Shown: positions 38,415 through 49,220 of the stretch, one piece after another
How positions within the stretch are numbered: position 1 is the first letter of the stretch
Layout: every line of letters begins with the position of its first letter
Virus record (IMG/VR): IMGVR_UViG_3300027754_000063
Location: 1 to 64,000 of that record
From: a virus
Reading direction: 5' to 3' (one strand)
Length of the DNA: 64,000 nucleotides
The notes under the pieces: model-generated
Told to the model about the DNA's origin: nothing
The model's database searches: none
The model's input: only the letters and a program-made list of their open reading frames with translations
Position numbers and translations under genes: made by a program

Positions 38415-38656
38415 TAAAAATTTTTCCTAGAATAGCAATGAAAAATAGGAAAATGATAGAACAATCATCTTTAGTGGGATGCTATTCATGTTGCAAAATA
38501 TTTGATTCAAAAGACGTAAAAGAATACACAGACCGTAATGAAACGGCATTATGCCCGCATTGCAACGTCGATTGCTTGGTCGGAAATCAATGCGGATTCG
38601 TTCTAGAAGAAAGTATATTAATAAAAGCACGCCAATACTGGTTTAATAATTGTTAA
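38411..38656 (+). CDS. Small Zn-finger hypothetical protein
   Basis: GCYSC...TALCPHC.VD; ATGA-coupled to the portal. Confidence 0.7.
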   Translation: MIKIFPRIAMKNRKMIEQSSLVGCYSCCKIFDSKDVKEYTDRNETALCPHCNVDCLVGNQCGFVLEESILIKARQYWFNNC

Positions 38657-39020
38657 CTGCTGGGTTGGCATTAGGATCCTTAGAAACATCACCTAAACCT
38701 TGTGTAATCATTCCGCTAACACGCTTGCCACCACGAGTTACGCCAGTTCTTAAGTCTGATAGTGACTCAAAGTCATGTTGCTTTAGTATTGCTTCAACTG
38801 TATCTCTTACCTCTGGAATACTATTGCTTTGAGCTTTAAGCCACGATATAGCAGCACCCGGCCTTTCGCCAAGTATTAACTCAAAAGCCTCTATTGCAGC
38901 ACTTAAAGCAGCTTGTGTTCTTGCATCTAATCCAATGCTTCCCGCTCCTCCAAGCATCTCTTTGCCCATGTTCATGGCACTTATTTCTTGTAGTTTTACG
39001 TAATCTATAAATTTTTTCAA
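38643..39020 (-). CDS. Hypothetical protein with CTS-like N-terminus
   Basis: AGGAG SD, TTG start, MKKFIDYVKLQE. Confidence 0.7.
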   Translation of the reverse strand: MKKFIDYVKLQEISAMNMGKEMLGGAGSIGLDARTQAALSAAIEAFELILGERPGAAISWLKAQSNSIPEVRDTVEAILKQHDFESLSDLRTGVTRGGKRVSGMITQGLGDVSKDPNANPAVNNY

Positions 39021-39175
39021 TGTATTACTCTCCTAATTTTTAGCTTAGATGTATATCTATGTATTAGTCACTAATAAAAAATTATTATATAAAAAAATAT
39101 TTTATTTGTTAAAAATTTGCATTGAATATATATATAACTCATTCGGATCAAACAATACAGGGAGTCAATTGACCT

Positions 39176-41020
39176 ATGAAAAGAAAACTAATTAGTTTCG
39201 ATGTCTTCAAGAATCTTGAAGAACAGTCACTTACAAACGCTCAGAGAGAATTGGTTGAGGCTCAAGATGTTTTGGCCGAAGCACTAGGCGTAGAAAGCAT
39301 CAAACTGTTTACCTTCGGAGAATCCGAAGTAACATATGAAGTACAAGATGGTACTTACATTCATGCAACATATACCATAAAAGATAATAGCATCATATTA
39401 GAAAATATAGAGCAACTTGTTGTTGACGAAGAAGGCGAAAGAAAGAATACAAGAGAAATCATCTCGCAAATGGTGGAATCTATTATAAGCAATGATGAAA
39501 ACAAAGCCAATCAAAAGTTTGAGCAGTACATAAATACACCCGCTGTTAAAAGAAGCCTAAACGAAGCAGCGTTCAAAGTTACAACATCAAGACCAACCGG
39601 TAAACGTTCTGAACTATGGCACAAGCGCCAGTCACGCTCAACGGTTGCTAAAAGAACCAGAGCTAGGAAAATGACACTTTCCAGAATGTCACCTTCACAG
39701 AAGAAGCAACTCGCCAGAGCAAGAGCTATTGCGAAAAGAAAGTTGGGCGGCACGACAAACAGCAGAGCACGTGTTTATGCAAGGAAAATCAAGAAAAGTC
39801 ATATGAAAGAATGGAACACAATAATTGAAAATGTAACTAATTATATTAATTACAAACAATTCGGTTCTGTTATGACTGAGTCCTTCGTAAAACATGATAA
39901 AAATGGAGAAATATCATCGCTATCAGTGCCAACAACCTCTAAAAGAAATGAAGGAAAGATTCTTTCTTTTAATTGGGACACAATGGATCACGAAGTAAAG
40001 TGCATGCGTAGCAAAATGAAGAATATAAAAGAAGATCAGAATTTTATCAAAGCTATGGCAGATCTAAAAAGATATAACAACATATCAGACAACACTTCGC
40101 TAGAAAGTACATTGGAAGCTATTGTAACTCGTTGGCCTGAAATGATCTATATGACAGAGTCGGAACTAGCTACACAAATTTCAAAGGCACTAGAATCAGC
40201 AAATATTAAAAACTTTGATGATAAAACTTGCTTGTTTATGGCAGAAGCTGTGCTGCGAACTGCACACAATGCATATGCAGACAGAGTTAAAAATATAAGC
40301 AAATTAGCCGGAGAAACAAAAGATGTAACAAGCGAATGCAAAGATTGCGAAGATGCTTATAATGACTTTAAAAATGTTGTAGAACAGTTTTATGTCAAAT
40401 TAGACGAATCAGAAGAAAAAGAACTAAAGGTTTTTGAAGACCTGTTTAACGCTTTGAGAGAAGTACATGCTTTTGCTGTAGAAGCCGAAGACAAAGAAGA
40501 ACTAGAAGAGATTGAAGGTCTTCTCGAAAGATGCGTTTCTGTACTTAAAAAAGAAAGCGAAATCGATCTTGAACTCGCAGAAGAAATGACAGACTATTTG
40601 GCATATTTCTCTGAGGCAAATGTCGATGGAGCATCACAGGATTGGGATGTCGAAGAGAAACCTCATCATTCCGTATCAGGAAATCATCCTTATGTTGATA
40701 AACTTGCAAAATCAGATGCTGTAGCAAGTTTGTACAACGGTGACTGGAAAAGCCCAGCACCTGTGAGTGATGGAAAAAGTCACCATGGTAATCTTGATGA
40801 TGAAATGAAAAATGATGGATGGAGCAATTGTGGAGGCGATGACACATGGCCAACACTAGATAATCCATATGTTCCTAAATCCGATACATATAAAATGAAA
40901 GAAAAGTCTGTTGTTGATGATGGTGATGAACTCGCTCAGAATCAATCAAATGACACATGGCCAAATTTGAGTAATCCTTATGCTAAAGTAGGAAAAAATA
41001 CACCCAAAGACGTAGAGTAA
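39176..41020 (+). CDS. Putative prohead core protein
   Basis: Immediately upstream of gp21; Arg-rich block plus Glu-rich helices; LNE/MKE/LDE sites. Confidence 0.6.
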   Translation: MKRKLISFDVFKNLEEQSLTNAQRELVEAQDVLAEALGVESIKLFTFGESEVTYEVQDGTYIHATYTIKDNSIILENIEQLVVDEEGERKNTREIISQMVESIISNDENKANQKFEQYINTPAVKRSLNEAAFKVTTSRPTGKRSELWHKRQSRSTVAKRTRARKMTLSRMSPSQKKQLARARAIAKRKLGGTTNSRARVYARKIKKSHMKEWNTIIENVTNYINYKQFGSVMTESFVKHDKNGEISSLSVPTTSKRNEGKILSFNWDTMDHEVKCMRSKMKNIKEDQNFIKAMADLKRYNNISDNTSLESTLEAIVTRWPEMIYMTESELATQISKALESANIKNFDDKTCLFMAEAVLRTAHNAYADRVKNISKLAGETKDVTSECKDCEDAYNDFKNVVEQFYVKLDESEEKELKVFEDLFNALREVHAFAVEAEDKEELEEIEGLLERCVSVLKKESEIDLELAEEMTDYLAYFSEANVDGASQDWDVEEKPHHSVSGNHPYVDKLAKSDAVASLYNGDWKSPAPVSDGKSHHGNLDDEMKNDGWSNCGGDDTWPTLDNPYVPKSDTYKMKEKSVVDDGDELAQNQSNDTWPNLSNPYAKVGKNTPKDVE

Positions 41021-41044
41021 TTTATAAAAAAAAGGAGTACGTTA

Positions 41045-41725
41045 ATGGAACAAAAACAAACACTTTTCGTAGATTGCTGCTGCAATTCTGGCTTTACTCT
41101 GGACTTAAATGAGTCCACTGAAAAAGGCACAACCGTTTTTAAAGGTAAATTCCAAGAAGCAGAGGCTGTTAATAAAAACAAAAGAATATACCCATATGCT
41201 GTATTAGATGAAAATGTTAAAAAACTAATACCAATAATCGAAGCAAGAGGACTTGTAGGTGAATTAGACCACCCAGCAGATAGTATTATTCATTTTGAAA
41301 AATGTTCCCACATAATTACTAAGCTATGGTGGGAAGGTAATAGCCTCATGGGACAAGGAGAGATACTGAACACACCACACGGTAGAATATTAAAAGGATT
41401 GCTAAATGATGGCGTTAGAATAGGAATCAGTAGCCGTGGGGTAGGGAATGGGAAAAATGATGATAATGGTATTTTAATAATTGGAGAAAGTTATAAACTC
41501 ATCACGTTTGATGCTGTAGCTGATCCAAGTACATATTCTGCTTTTCAAGAAAAAGTAGTAGGGAAAAAAGAAAATTATGAAGCACATGCAAACAAAGATC
41601 TTCAATTAACAAAAAAAGCAGAAAAAATTGACTCGAGCTGCATACATAAAGTTAACAAAGAAGCACTCATTGCTTGCTTGGGCGGAATAATAGAACAAAA
41701 AACAGAAACATTAAAGCGAGGTTAG
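41045..41725 (+). CDS. Prohead core protease (T4 gp21-like)
   Basis: NKNKRIYP, GELDHP, SHII, ILNTPHG, GISSRGVG, FDAVADPS. Confidence 0.95.
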   Translation: MEQKQTLFVDCCCNSGFTLDLNESTEKGTTVFKGKFQEAEAVNKNKRIYPYAVLDENVKKLIPIIEARGLVGELDHPADSIIHFEKCSHIITKLWWEGNSLMGQGEILNTPHGRILKGLLNDGVRIGISSRGVGNGKNDDNGILIIGESYKLITFDAVADPSTYSAFQEKVVGKKENYEAHANKDLQLTKKAEKIDSSCIHKVNKEALIACLGGIIEQKTETLKRG

Positions 41726-41731
41726 ACTAAT

Positions 41732-42631
41732 ATGGAAAAGATTGTAGAAGCATTAAGAAAACTTTTGCCAGAAAATGAAATCAATGAGGTTTCATCCGCC
41801 GTTCAACAAATGTTGGAACAAGCAAAGCTTGATCTAGAAACAGAATTCAACGAGAAACTTGAAGAAGCGTATGGCGACCTATCCAGCGAAGTAGCCGAAG
41901 CAGAAAAAATTGCAGAAGCTGGATATGAAGAAGCATATGCAATTATTGCAGATCTTAGAAACAGATTAGAAATTCAAGGCGAAGAATATAAAGCCGCATT
42001 AGAAGAAGGATACGAAGAAGCATACGAAATGCTCACCCAAGAAAAGGGAAAGAATCAAACACTCGAAGTAGAAATGTACGAAGAGTATGACAAAAAGCTT
42101 TCCGAAATGAAAGAATATATCGTAGACAAAGTCGACCAGTTCCTACAGTTTAAAGGTCAAGAGATTTATGAACAAGCTAAACTTGAGATCGTAAATGATC
42201 CTCGTATGGCAGAACATAAAGTCGCTCTTAACAAAATTGTAGACATAACTGCAAACTACCTGTCTGACGATGACTTTGCTGCTGTATCTTCAAATAAAGT
42301 TGAAGAAGCAAATAAGAAGATAGAAGAAATGAAAGGACAGCTTCGAATCATGGAAGCCCGCAACATCAGAGTTTCAACAGAAAATACCAAGCTCAATGAA
42401 ACCGTACGACACGCTCAAGAAGTAATCAACGAAAGCCGAAAAGCTGTCGTGGAAAGCAAAAAGGAAGCTGTCGTTAACGAACAGAAAGAAAGAACTGAAA
42501 AAGCAAAGAATGTAACGGGGAGAGGAAGAACAAGTGATGGTGAAGTCGTATCGGAATACGCATCACCCAATAATAATAATTCTGGTGCAGATCAATTATT
42601 GATCCTATCAGGATTGAAACAAGCTCAATAA
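41732..42631 (+). CDS. Prohead scaffolding/core protein (T4 gp22-like)
   Basis: Glu-rich coiled coil between gp21 and gp23; IVDKVDQFL. Confidence 0.8.
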   Translation: MEKIVEALRKLLPENEINEVSSAVQQMLEQAKLDLETEFNEKLEEAYGDLSSEVAEAEKIAEAGYEEAYAIIADLRNRLEIQGEEYKAALEEGYEEAYEMLTQEKGKNQTLEVEMYEEYDKKLSEMKEYIVDKVDQFLQFKGQEIYEQAKLEIVNDPRMAEHKVALNKIVDITANYLSDDDFAAVSSNKVEEANKKIEEMKGQLRIMEARNIRVSTENTKLNETVRHAQEVINESRKAVVESKKEAVVNEQKERTEKAKNVTGRGRTSDGEVVSEYASPNNNNSGADQLLILSGLKQAQ

Positions 42632-42660
42632 ATTTAACTCATATAAATTATAAGGAAAAT

Positions 42661-44100
42661 ATGAACGCAAATTCGCAATTTCTCAATGAAGCAAAAGAGT
42701 TAGAATCTCGCTGGGCGCAGACAGGTCTCCTCGAAGGCATTACAGACAGGTTCACTCGATCTGCTACAGCGGTTCTACTCGAAAATCAAAGGCTTATGAA
42801 CGAAGCCAGCACCGACACAGGTGACGTTGCTCAGTTCAAACGAATCAGTATACCACTCGTTCGTCGTATCTATCCACAGCTTATCGCTAACAAAATTGTT
42901 AGCGTTCAGCCACTACTCGGACCAACAGGTCTAGTGTATTATCTCCGATTCCGATATGGTAGCAATAAGGGTGCAACTCGAGGTGCTGACAAGAACGGTT
43001 TCCCAACTGATGATGCAAACAGCTTGATGCAGTTGGCAGACGGTACTGCCAATTTAGATATTTTCTATAGCAGCCAGTTCGTTCAGAATGAAGTATCCAA
43101 TACGGATACAGGCACCGGAACCACAGTTGTGTACACCGGAACTGAACACACTCCAATCCTAGCAGGAACCATCACTGGTACTGTTTATGATAATGCTACT
43201 GCAATTCAGACGTTTGTTGTATCAGCGGCTGGCGTTTTTACATTTACTGATATTGGTAGTCCAAATCCTAAAGCTCAATCTGCTGGATCAAGCGTTAACA
43301 CAACAACGGGCGAACTAACAGTTGTGTGGACCGGTGTTGCAGGAGATAATCATCTTGTATTCAGCTATGAATACAATATGGAATGTAATCAGGATCTACC
43401 AGAAATCAACCTAGTTATTGAGTCAGAAGAAATTGCTGCAAAAACACGCAAGCTAAAAGCTGTGTGGAGCTATGAAGCTCAGCAAGATCTACGCTCACAG
43501 CACAATCTTGATGCTGAAGCTGAGTTGACTGCTGTTCTAGCTCAGGAAATTAACCTTGAAATCGACCGTGAAGTTCTAACCGATCTTCGTAACAATGCTG
43601 GTACCGTATCAGCTTGGGATTTCAATACCGCTCTTGGTGATACCATCAAAGAGAAGTATGAATCACTATATGTTAAGGTTGTCGAAATCAGCAACGTAAT
43701 TCATCGTAAGACATTACGTGGTGGTGCCAATTGGCTCGTAACAAGCCCAGAAGTTGCCTCAATATTTGAGACGGCAACCGCCGGCTTCGCTCCAGCCCCA
43801 AGTGAGACGTTCACAAGCTCACTCGGTGTTCAGTATGTTGGTACTGTCAATAACAGATGGAGACTCTACAAGGATCCACTATTCCCAAGCAATCAGGTAT
43901 TGATGGGATATAAGGGCGACAGCTACATGGACAGCGGATATTTCTACTGCCCATACGTGCCACTCACCCAGACTCCAGTGGTTCTTGACCCAGAATCCTT
44001 CTGCCCACGCAAGGGAATCTTGACTCGTTACGGAAAAAAATTATTAAGGGAAGGGGCAAAATTCTACGCCAGATTATCTATCGCTAATTTTGTGATATAG
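42661..44100 (+). CDS. Major capsid protein (T4 gp23-like)
   Basis: TAVLLENQ, IPLVRR, VQPL.GPTG, AKTRKLKA.WS.E..QDL...H.LDAEAEL, EIDRE, GYFYCPYVPL, TRYG. Confidence 0.97.
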   Translation: MNANSQFLNEAKELESRWAQTGLLEGITDRFTRSATAVLLENQRLMNEASTDTGDVAQFKRISIPLVRRIYPQLIANKIVSVQPLLGPTGLVYYLRFRYGSNKGATRGADKNGFPTDDANSLMQLADGTANLDIFYSSQFVQNEVSNTDTGTGTTVVYTGTEHTPILAGTITGTVYDNATAIQTFVVSAAGVFTFTDIGSPNPKAQSAGSSVNTTTGELTVVWTGVAGDNHLVFSYEYNMECNQDLPEINLVIESEEIAAKTRKLKAVWSYEAQQDLRSQHNLDAEAELTAVLAQEINLEIDREVLTDLRNNAGTVSAWDFNTALGDTIKEKYESLYVKVVEISNVIHRKTLRGGANWLVTSPEVASIFETATAGFAPAPSETFTSSLGVQYVGTVNNRWRLYKDPLFPSNQVLMGYKGDSYMDSGYFYCPYVPLTQTPVVLDPESFCPRKGILTRYGKKLLREGAKFYARLSIANFVI

Positions 44101-44128
44101 GCATGAATATTTGTTCGCTATAAAAACT

Positions 44129-44160
44129 AAACCTCGACTGGAAACAGTCGAGGTTTTTTT
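44129..44160 (+). terminator. Rho-independent terminator after the capsid gene
   Basis: AAACCTCGACTG-GAAA-CAGTCGAGGTTT followed by T run. Confidence 0.9.
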
Positions 44161-44213
44161 GTAGAATTTACTATACTAAATTAAACGTAAAAACCAAAAA
44201 AAGGACAAATAAA

Positions 44214-45035
44214 ATGCCTAGTGGTGGATCCAATAAACTTTCTTATGAAGATGTCAAAATTATTTTTGAACAAAATGGACTTAAGTTATTGGAAAAAGAC
44301 TATGTAAACAATAATACTCCTCTTGAGTGCATTTGTGTTTGTGGAAATAAAGTTAAACTACGTCTGTCTCATGTGAAAAAAGGCGAAAAATGTCAAAAAT
44401 ATTGTATGCCTAAAATTCTTTCTGATAAATTTAAAACTAAAGATGAAGAAATTAAAAAAGTATGTGATGAAAATGGTTGCAAACTTATAAAATCATGGAT
44501 TCATAAAAAAAGAACTCGAATAAAATATATTTGTAAATGTGGAAATGATTGGGAAGCTTATCTTTGTAACTTTAGACGTTGTCCCAACTGTAAAAAGTGT
44601 GGAAATGCAAAAGTATCAGGAGAGAATTGTTATATGTACGATCCTGATAGAGATGCTGTTAAATTAAGAAAAAGATTCCGTAAAATGTGTGGTCAATATA
44701 TTAAACGGTTTATGGATGCCACAGGACAATGTAAAACACGTCATACGCACGAATTATTAGGTTACACGCCACAGCAGTTGCAAGCACACATATTAAATCA
44801 TCCTGACTATGAAGCTCTTAAAAATGAAGAGTGGCACGTTGACCACATTACGCCTATTCAAGCATTTTTAGATCATGATATATTAGACTTAAAGATAATT
44901 AATGCTTTAGATAATTTGAGACCAATGAAAGGATTTGAAAACTTATCAAAGGCAGACGAATATTCTAAGGAAGAATTTAAGAACAAATATAAAATAGATT
45001 TATTTTTTCAAGATAAACCATCCCTACTCAATTAA
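44214..45035 (+). CDS. Free-standing HNH-type homing-endonuclease-like protein with Zn-ribbon repeats
   Basis: Two CxCGN...CxxC modules; WHVDHITPI...NLRPM...ENLSK. Confidence 0.75.
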   Translation: MPSGGSNKLSYEDVKIIFEQNGLKLLEKDYVNNNTPLECICVCGNKVKLRLSHVKKGEKCQKYCMPKILSDKFKTKDEEIKKVCDENGCKLIKSWIHKKRTRIKYICKCGNDWEAYLCNFRRCPNCKKCGNAKVSGENCYMYDPDRDAVKLRKRFRKMCGQYIKRFMDATGQCKTRHTHELLGYTPQQLQAHILNHPDYEALKNEEWHVDHITPIQAFLDHDILDLKIINALDNLRPMKGFENLSKADEYSKEEFKNKYKIDLFFQDKPSLLN

Positions 45036-45102
45036 ATCAAATCATTTATTTCTGCACCAACTCCTATTGATTCAATCATAAGCTGTGATACTATATAACG
45101 TT

Positions 45103-46539
45103 ATGATAAAAGACCCCACAGAGTTCGAATTTTCTTCTAAAAAGCTAAAAATCGACTGTTCATGTGATTATTGTGGACTTCCATTTCAAAGAACTATATC
45201 TAATCTTGAAAGATCCCACAAACATATAAAAAAAGATTCTTGTGGCAAAAAAGAGTGTGTACAGAAGAAGAAAAAAGAAGTATTTAATTTGAAATATGGC
45301 TGTGATAATCCATTTCAATCACAAGAGATAAAACAGAAAATAGCAGATTCTAATCTGCAAAAATATGGTGTTGTTAATCCTACACAAAATGAAGAAATAA
45401 GAAAAAAACAAAAGAGTACATGTTTAGAAAAATATGGAGTTGAGAATCCTTTTCAGTCACAAGAAATAAAGGACAAAATAAAGAGGCAGAATATTAATTT
45501 GTATGGTGTTGAGAATAGTTTTCAAAGAAAAGAAGTTCAAGAAAAACAAAGGAATACCATACAGAGAAACTATAAAGTTAGTCATTATTCAAAGACTCAG
45601 GAATGTAGAAGTAAAGTAGTCGCCACCAACATAGAAAAATATGGCTCACCTTTTCCAAATCATAAATATGGCAAAACACAAGATGAAATAAAAGAATGGC
45701 TTAATAGTTTTGGGTTTAATTTTTCATCTGACTATGAAATCTTAGAAAATAAAGAAATAGACCTTTTAGATAAAGACAAGAAGGTGGGAATAGAATATTG
45801 TGGCTTATATTGGCACAACGATACATCACCAGAGCCTAGAGATCGTACGTATCATATTGGCAAGTATAAAAATTGTCTTAAGAAGGATGTACAGCTTTTA
45901 ACTATATTTGAAGATGAGTGGAAATCGAGACAAGATCAGTGTAAGTCTCATATTAAGTCTATTTTGGGAATATACAATAATAAGGTTTTTGCTAGAAAGT
46001 GTAAGGTTGTAGAAATTTCAAAAGAAGAGGCGAGACGGTTTTTTGATTCTTATCATATACAGGGATCTAATAGTCTTGGATTGGTATTTTTTGGTTTATT
46101 TTTTCAAGATGAGTTGTGTGCTGTTATGAGTTTAGGAAGGCATACTAGAAAAACAGATATTTCTAAAAAAGAAATAACATTAGATCGTCTTTGTTTCAAG
46201 GACGGTTTTAATGTTGTTGGTGGAGCAAGTAAGTTGTTCTGTCAGTGTTTAGAGTGGGCAAAAATCCATGGATATAAAAAAGTAATTAGCTTCAGTGATA
46301 ACAGGTGGAGTTTAGGTCGTGTATATGAAAAAATGGGATTTATTTTAGACGAAGAATATGGTGCAGACTATAGTTATGTAGAAATTAAAAATCCTAGAAA
46401 AAGACTGAGCAAGCAAAGTCAGAAGAAGTCAATTACTAATTGTCCTGCTGAATTAACTGAGCACACATGGGCGGTACAGAGGGGCTTGGCAAGAATTTAT
46501 GATTGTGGCAAGAAAAGGTGGACGTTTAATGTTGGATAG
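45103..46539 (+). CDS. Free-standing homing-endonuclease-like protein (KYG..NP repeats, Vsr/Hef-like nuclease, C-terminal GNAT/Mom-like domain)
   Basis: Repeated KYGV.NPFQS.EIK.K; EID...GIEYCGLYWH...IFEDEW; HIQG...GGASKLF...SFSDNRWS...YDCGK. Confidence 0.75.
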   Translation: MIKDPTEFEFSSKKLKIDCSCDYCGLPFQRTISNLERSHKHIKKDSCGKKECVQKKKKEVFNLKYGCDNPFQSQEIKQKIADSNLQKYGVVNPTQNEEIRKKQKSTCLEKYGVENPFQSQEIKDKIKRQNINLYGVENSFQRKEVQEKQRNTIQRNYKVSHYSKTQECRSKVVATNIEKYGSPFPNHKYGKTQDEIKEWLNSFGFNFSSDYEILENKEIDLLDKDKKVGIEYCGLYWHNDTSPEPRDRTYHIGKYKNCLKKDVQLLTIFEDEWKSRQDQCKSHIKSILGIYNNKVFARKCKVVEISKEEARRFFDSYHIQGSNSLGLVFFGLFFQDELCAVMSLGRHTRKTDISKKEITLDRLCFKDGFNVVGGASKLFCQCLEWAKIHGYKKVISFSDNRWSLGRVYEKMGFILDEEYGADYSYVEIKNPRKRLSKQSQKKSITNCPAELTEHTWAVQRGLARIYDCGKKRWTFNVG

Positions 46540-46549
46540 ATTATTCGTA

Positions 46550-47002
46550 TCAGTTTAACTCCCAAACGACCATAGCAACATCTTGTTGAGTGGAGATAAC
46601 TATCTTGGCATTTGGAAATTCTTGGGGAAAGTGTGTTGCGTATTTCATCCAAGAGAATTTTTTAAGAAAAACCCTACAAACTAATTTGTTGCATCGCTTC
46701 AGCATCTTTTCTACTAATTGCATTCCCTCCAGATTTATAACTCCATCTCCAATTATAGCATCAGCATATTCTTCAAATTCATTCCAATTTTTTTCGATTA
46801 CTGGTTTCGATTGTTTTGTAGGATGCAATTCGACCATATAATCACAAAGTGGTTGCATGTCTTTAGTCATACCTAAAAGGCATACTGGGGAGCACCCTTT
46901 AACATACTTTTTATACAAACTAATTTCGTATTCGTTTGGACATAGGGGAGGGCTCAGATTATCCCAATACTCTGTATTTTTTTCTATTTCCATATAATTC
47001 AA
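46550..47002 (-). CDS. Hypothetical protein (possible degenerate SAM-methyltransferase fold)
   Basis: VCLLGMT...NW......DAIIGDG. Confidence 0.5.
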   Translation of the reverse strand: MNYMEIEKNTEYWDNLSPPLCPNEYEISLYKKYVKGCSPVCLLGMTKDMQPLCDYMVELHPTKQSKPVIEKNWNEFEEYADAIIGDGVINLEGMQLVEKMLKRCNKLVCRVFLKKFSWMKYATHFPQEFPNAKIVISTQQDVAMVVWELN

Positions 47003-47009
47003 ATTTTAT

Positions 47010-49220
47010 TTAGAATAGTCTTTGATTACAAATAGTAACAGCAGGAACCCAAGCACCAGATCGACCACTACAGGTTCCTAGTGCTTGTAAAATCCTGCTG
47101 CATCGTGGATAGAAGATCTTCCATTTTCTGCATGAGCATGTTGACTTTTTTAAACAGCTAAATCCAGTTGATCCGCATGGTTGCCCACAAGTCTCAACAA
47201 TTACGGGTACGGTTGCGTTGATTGTATCTAAGAACTTTTGGGATAAGTCTGTGTACTCTTCTGTTGTAAAAAGAGTTCCATCTTTCTTAGAAACAGTTAA
47301 AGCATACAACTCTGTCTTACCGCTTATTCCTTCGACGGCATGGTCATCATATTCGGTTGATGTGTCATAGGAGTGAGTTATTCCTTCGCTAGTTCCGGGC
47401 ACTATTATCAAGTGAGTAGGAGCGGTTTCATTATTCTCTGCTTCAACAGTTTTAACAAATACAGAGTATAGATTTCCTTTTGATGTTAATGAAAGAGCGT
47501 CCACGGCATAAGTGGTATCGCCATCTGCACCAATGTCTCCTGTTATAGAGAATTCATCAACATTTACGCTTGTAGCTACCAAAACAAACATTCCGGGATA
47601 CATGTTTGTAAAGTAGCTGCTGCCAGCACCGAAGTAACTTGTCCCGTCTTCTACACTTCCGTCAGGATTACTAGGTATATAAGCATATCCCATTGAATCT
47701 TCGGGATTGTCAGCAACGTCATTTGTCATTTGCGTGTGTGTTGATGGAATGGATAGATCGCTATTTCCCTCGCCACCATCTATACTGCTATAAGGTTGTG
47801 TTAAATCAGTGTTATAATAATTAGCACCATCATACATATCAAAATTACTATCGCTGATTCCTGTTGTGCGAATCTTGAATGGACTACCGAAGCTTGCAAC
47901 TCCTGATCCATTAAGTTTTGCATAATATCTCTTTGGTTGTATGAAATAGCCACCAACCCATATTTCACTAGATGAAACAATATAAATATCATAAATACAG
48001 TTGTAATAACTACTATTATCGATTCCTTGTTGGTAAGTATTTGAATTATCATTGTAGAAATCTGTTGGATTTCCAAAAGATGAGTCTAAACTACCATTAA
48101 TGTTTAATCTGCATATGTAGTTTCTTGTACTTTCGTTGTATGAGTTAAAGTCGCCAACAACAATTAGCTTGTCGTCTGATTGAACTTTAATTTGGGAAAC
48201 GTATGGATAATAAAAACCATCATCATTATCTGGGTTGCTATAATATTGAAGTCCCGCTCCTGTTTGGGAGAAGGTATTATCATAATTACCAATGGAATTT
48301 AATCTTGCAATAGAAATAGCAGCGTGAGAATCTACACCGCAAATGATAGTATCAAATACGCCTCCGATGATAATTTTATTATTGCTCTGCACTTCCACAG
48401 TTCTTAAAAAGCAGTCATAAGCTCCCGTTTGTATAACAGTGGGTGCTGTGAAACTTCCATCAGTTGTTCCGTTATCGTTTAGTTTGGCTATAAAACCTGT
48501 GTTGTTACTTTTTCCGCCTACTACAATAATTTTTGCTGATGAATCAATAGCAATATCATAAATAGCAGAAACATCAAAATTGCTTCCTAAAACATTGTTG
48601 GTAAATGTTTCATCTAGAGTACCGTCGCTGTTTAGTTTAATTAGTCTTGTATGGTCTGAGTCTACGCTATAATCAAATCTGCCGCAAACTAAGATTGAGT
48701 CGTCCGAAAGAACAACAACTTTATTTACAACATGGTCTGCACCACTATTAATTATGTTGTTTAGGTTGGTGTCAAAAGTTGAATCAAAAGTTCCATCTGC
48801 ATTTAATCTTGCAAGTCCCCAGTTCTGTCCTGGCGTCAGATCAACCCAGCCAGCACCAGAATTATACTGCTGAATCACTCCACCGACTATAATTTTACCA
48901 GTTGATTGAATGCCTAGCGTGTAAACACTTAGGTCAAATTTGGTTTTTGTAAAGCTTTCATCCGTTACGTTTGAACTGCTTACTTTGGTGACATAGCTAA
49001 AACAACAGCCACCATCAAGTTGTATGTCTAAAAAACCTTCTCCTGCGAGAATCATGTCGCCACTAGTGTGTTTGGCTACAGCCATAACTTCTTGGCCATT
49101 ACAGTCGCAGCCTAGGGTCGTAGATCTATCGTCTGTAAAGTAGAATAAATCATTTACTGTATTGGTGATTTGCTCATGGCTGGTGTTTAATTTGGATAGA
49201 ACGTAATTAATATTTGTCAA
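47010..49220 (-). CDS. Delta-60 repeat (beta-propeller) protein with Cys-rich C-terminal tail
   Basis: Repeated QSxxKIIVGGxF...ARLNxDGTxDxTF; GGAGG SD before TTG. Confidence 0.85.
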   Translation of the reverse strand: MTNINYVLSKLNTSHEQITNTVNDLFYFTDDRSTTLGCDCNGQEVMAVAKHTSGDMILAGEGFLDIQLDGGCCFSYVTKVSSSNVTDESFTKTKFDLSVYTLGIQSTGKIIVGGVIQQYNSGAGWVDLTPGQNWGLARLNADGTFDSTFDTNLNNIINSGADHVVNKVVVLSDDSILVCGRFDYSVDSDHTRLIKLNSDGTLDETFTNNVLGSNFDVSAIYDIAIDSSAKIIVVGGKSNNTGFIAKLNDNGTTDGSFTAPTVIQTGAYDCFLRTVEVQSNNKIIIGGVFDTIICGVDSHAAISIARLNSIGNYDNTFSQTGAGLQYYSNPDNDDGFYYPYVSQIKVQSDDKLIVVGDFNSYNESTRNYICRLNINGSLDSSFGNPTDFYNDNSNTYQQGIDNSSYYNCIYDIYIVSSSEIWVGGYFIQPKRYYAKLNGSGVASFGSPFKIRTTGISDSNFDMYDGANYYNTDLTQPYSSIDGGEGNSDLSIPSTHTQMTNDVADNPEDSMGYAYIPSNPDGSVEDGTSYFGAGSSYFTNMYPGMFVLVATSVNVDEFSITGDIGADGDTTYAVDALSLTSKGNLYSVFVKTVEAENNETAPTHLIIVPGTSEGITHSYDTSTEYDDHAVEGISGKTELYALTVSKKDGTLFTTEEYTDLSQKFLDTINATVPVIVETCGQPCGSTGFSCLKKSTCSCRKWKIFYPRCSRILQALGTCSGRSGAWVPAVTICNQRLF

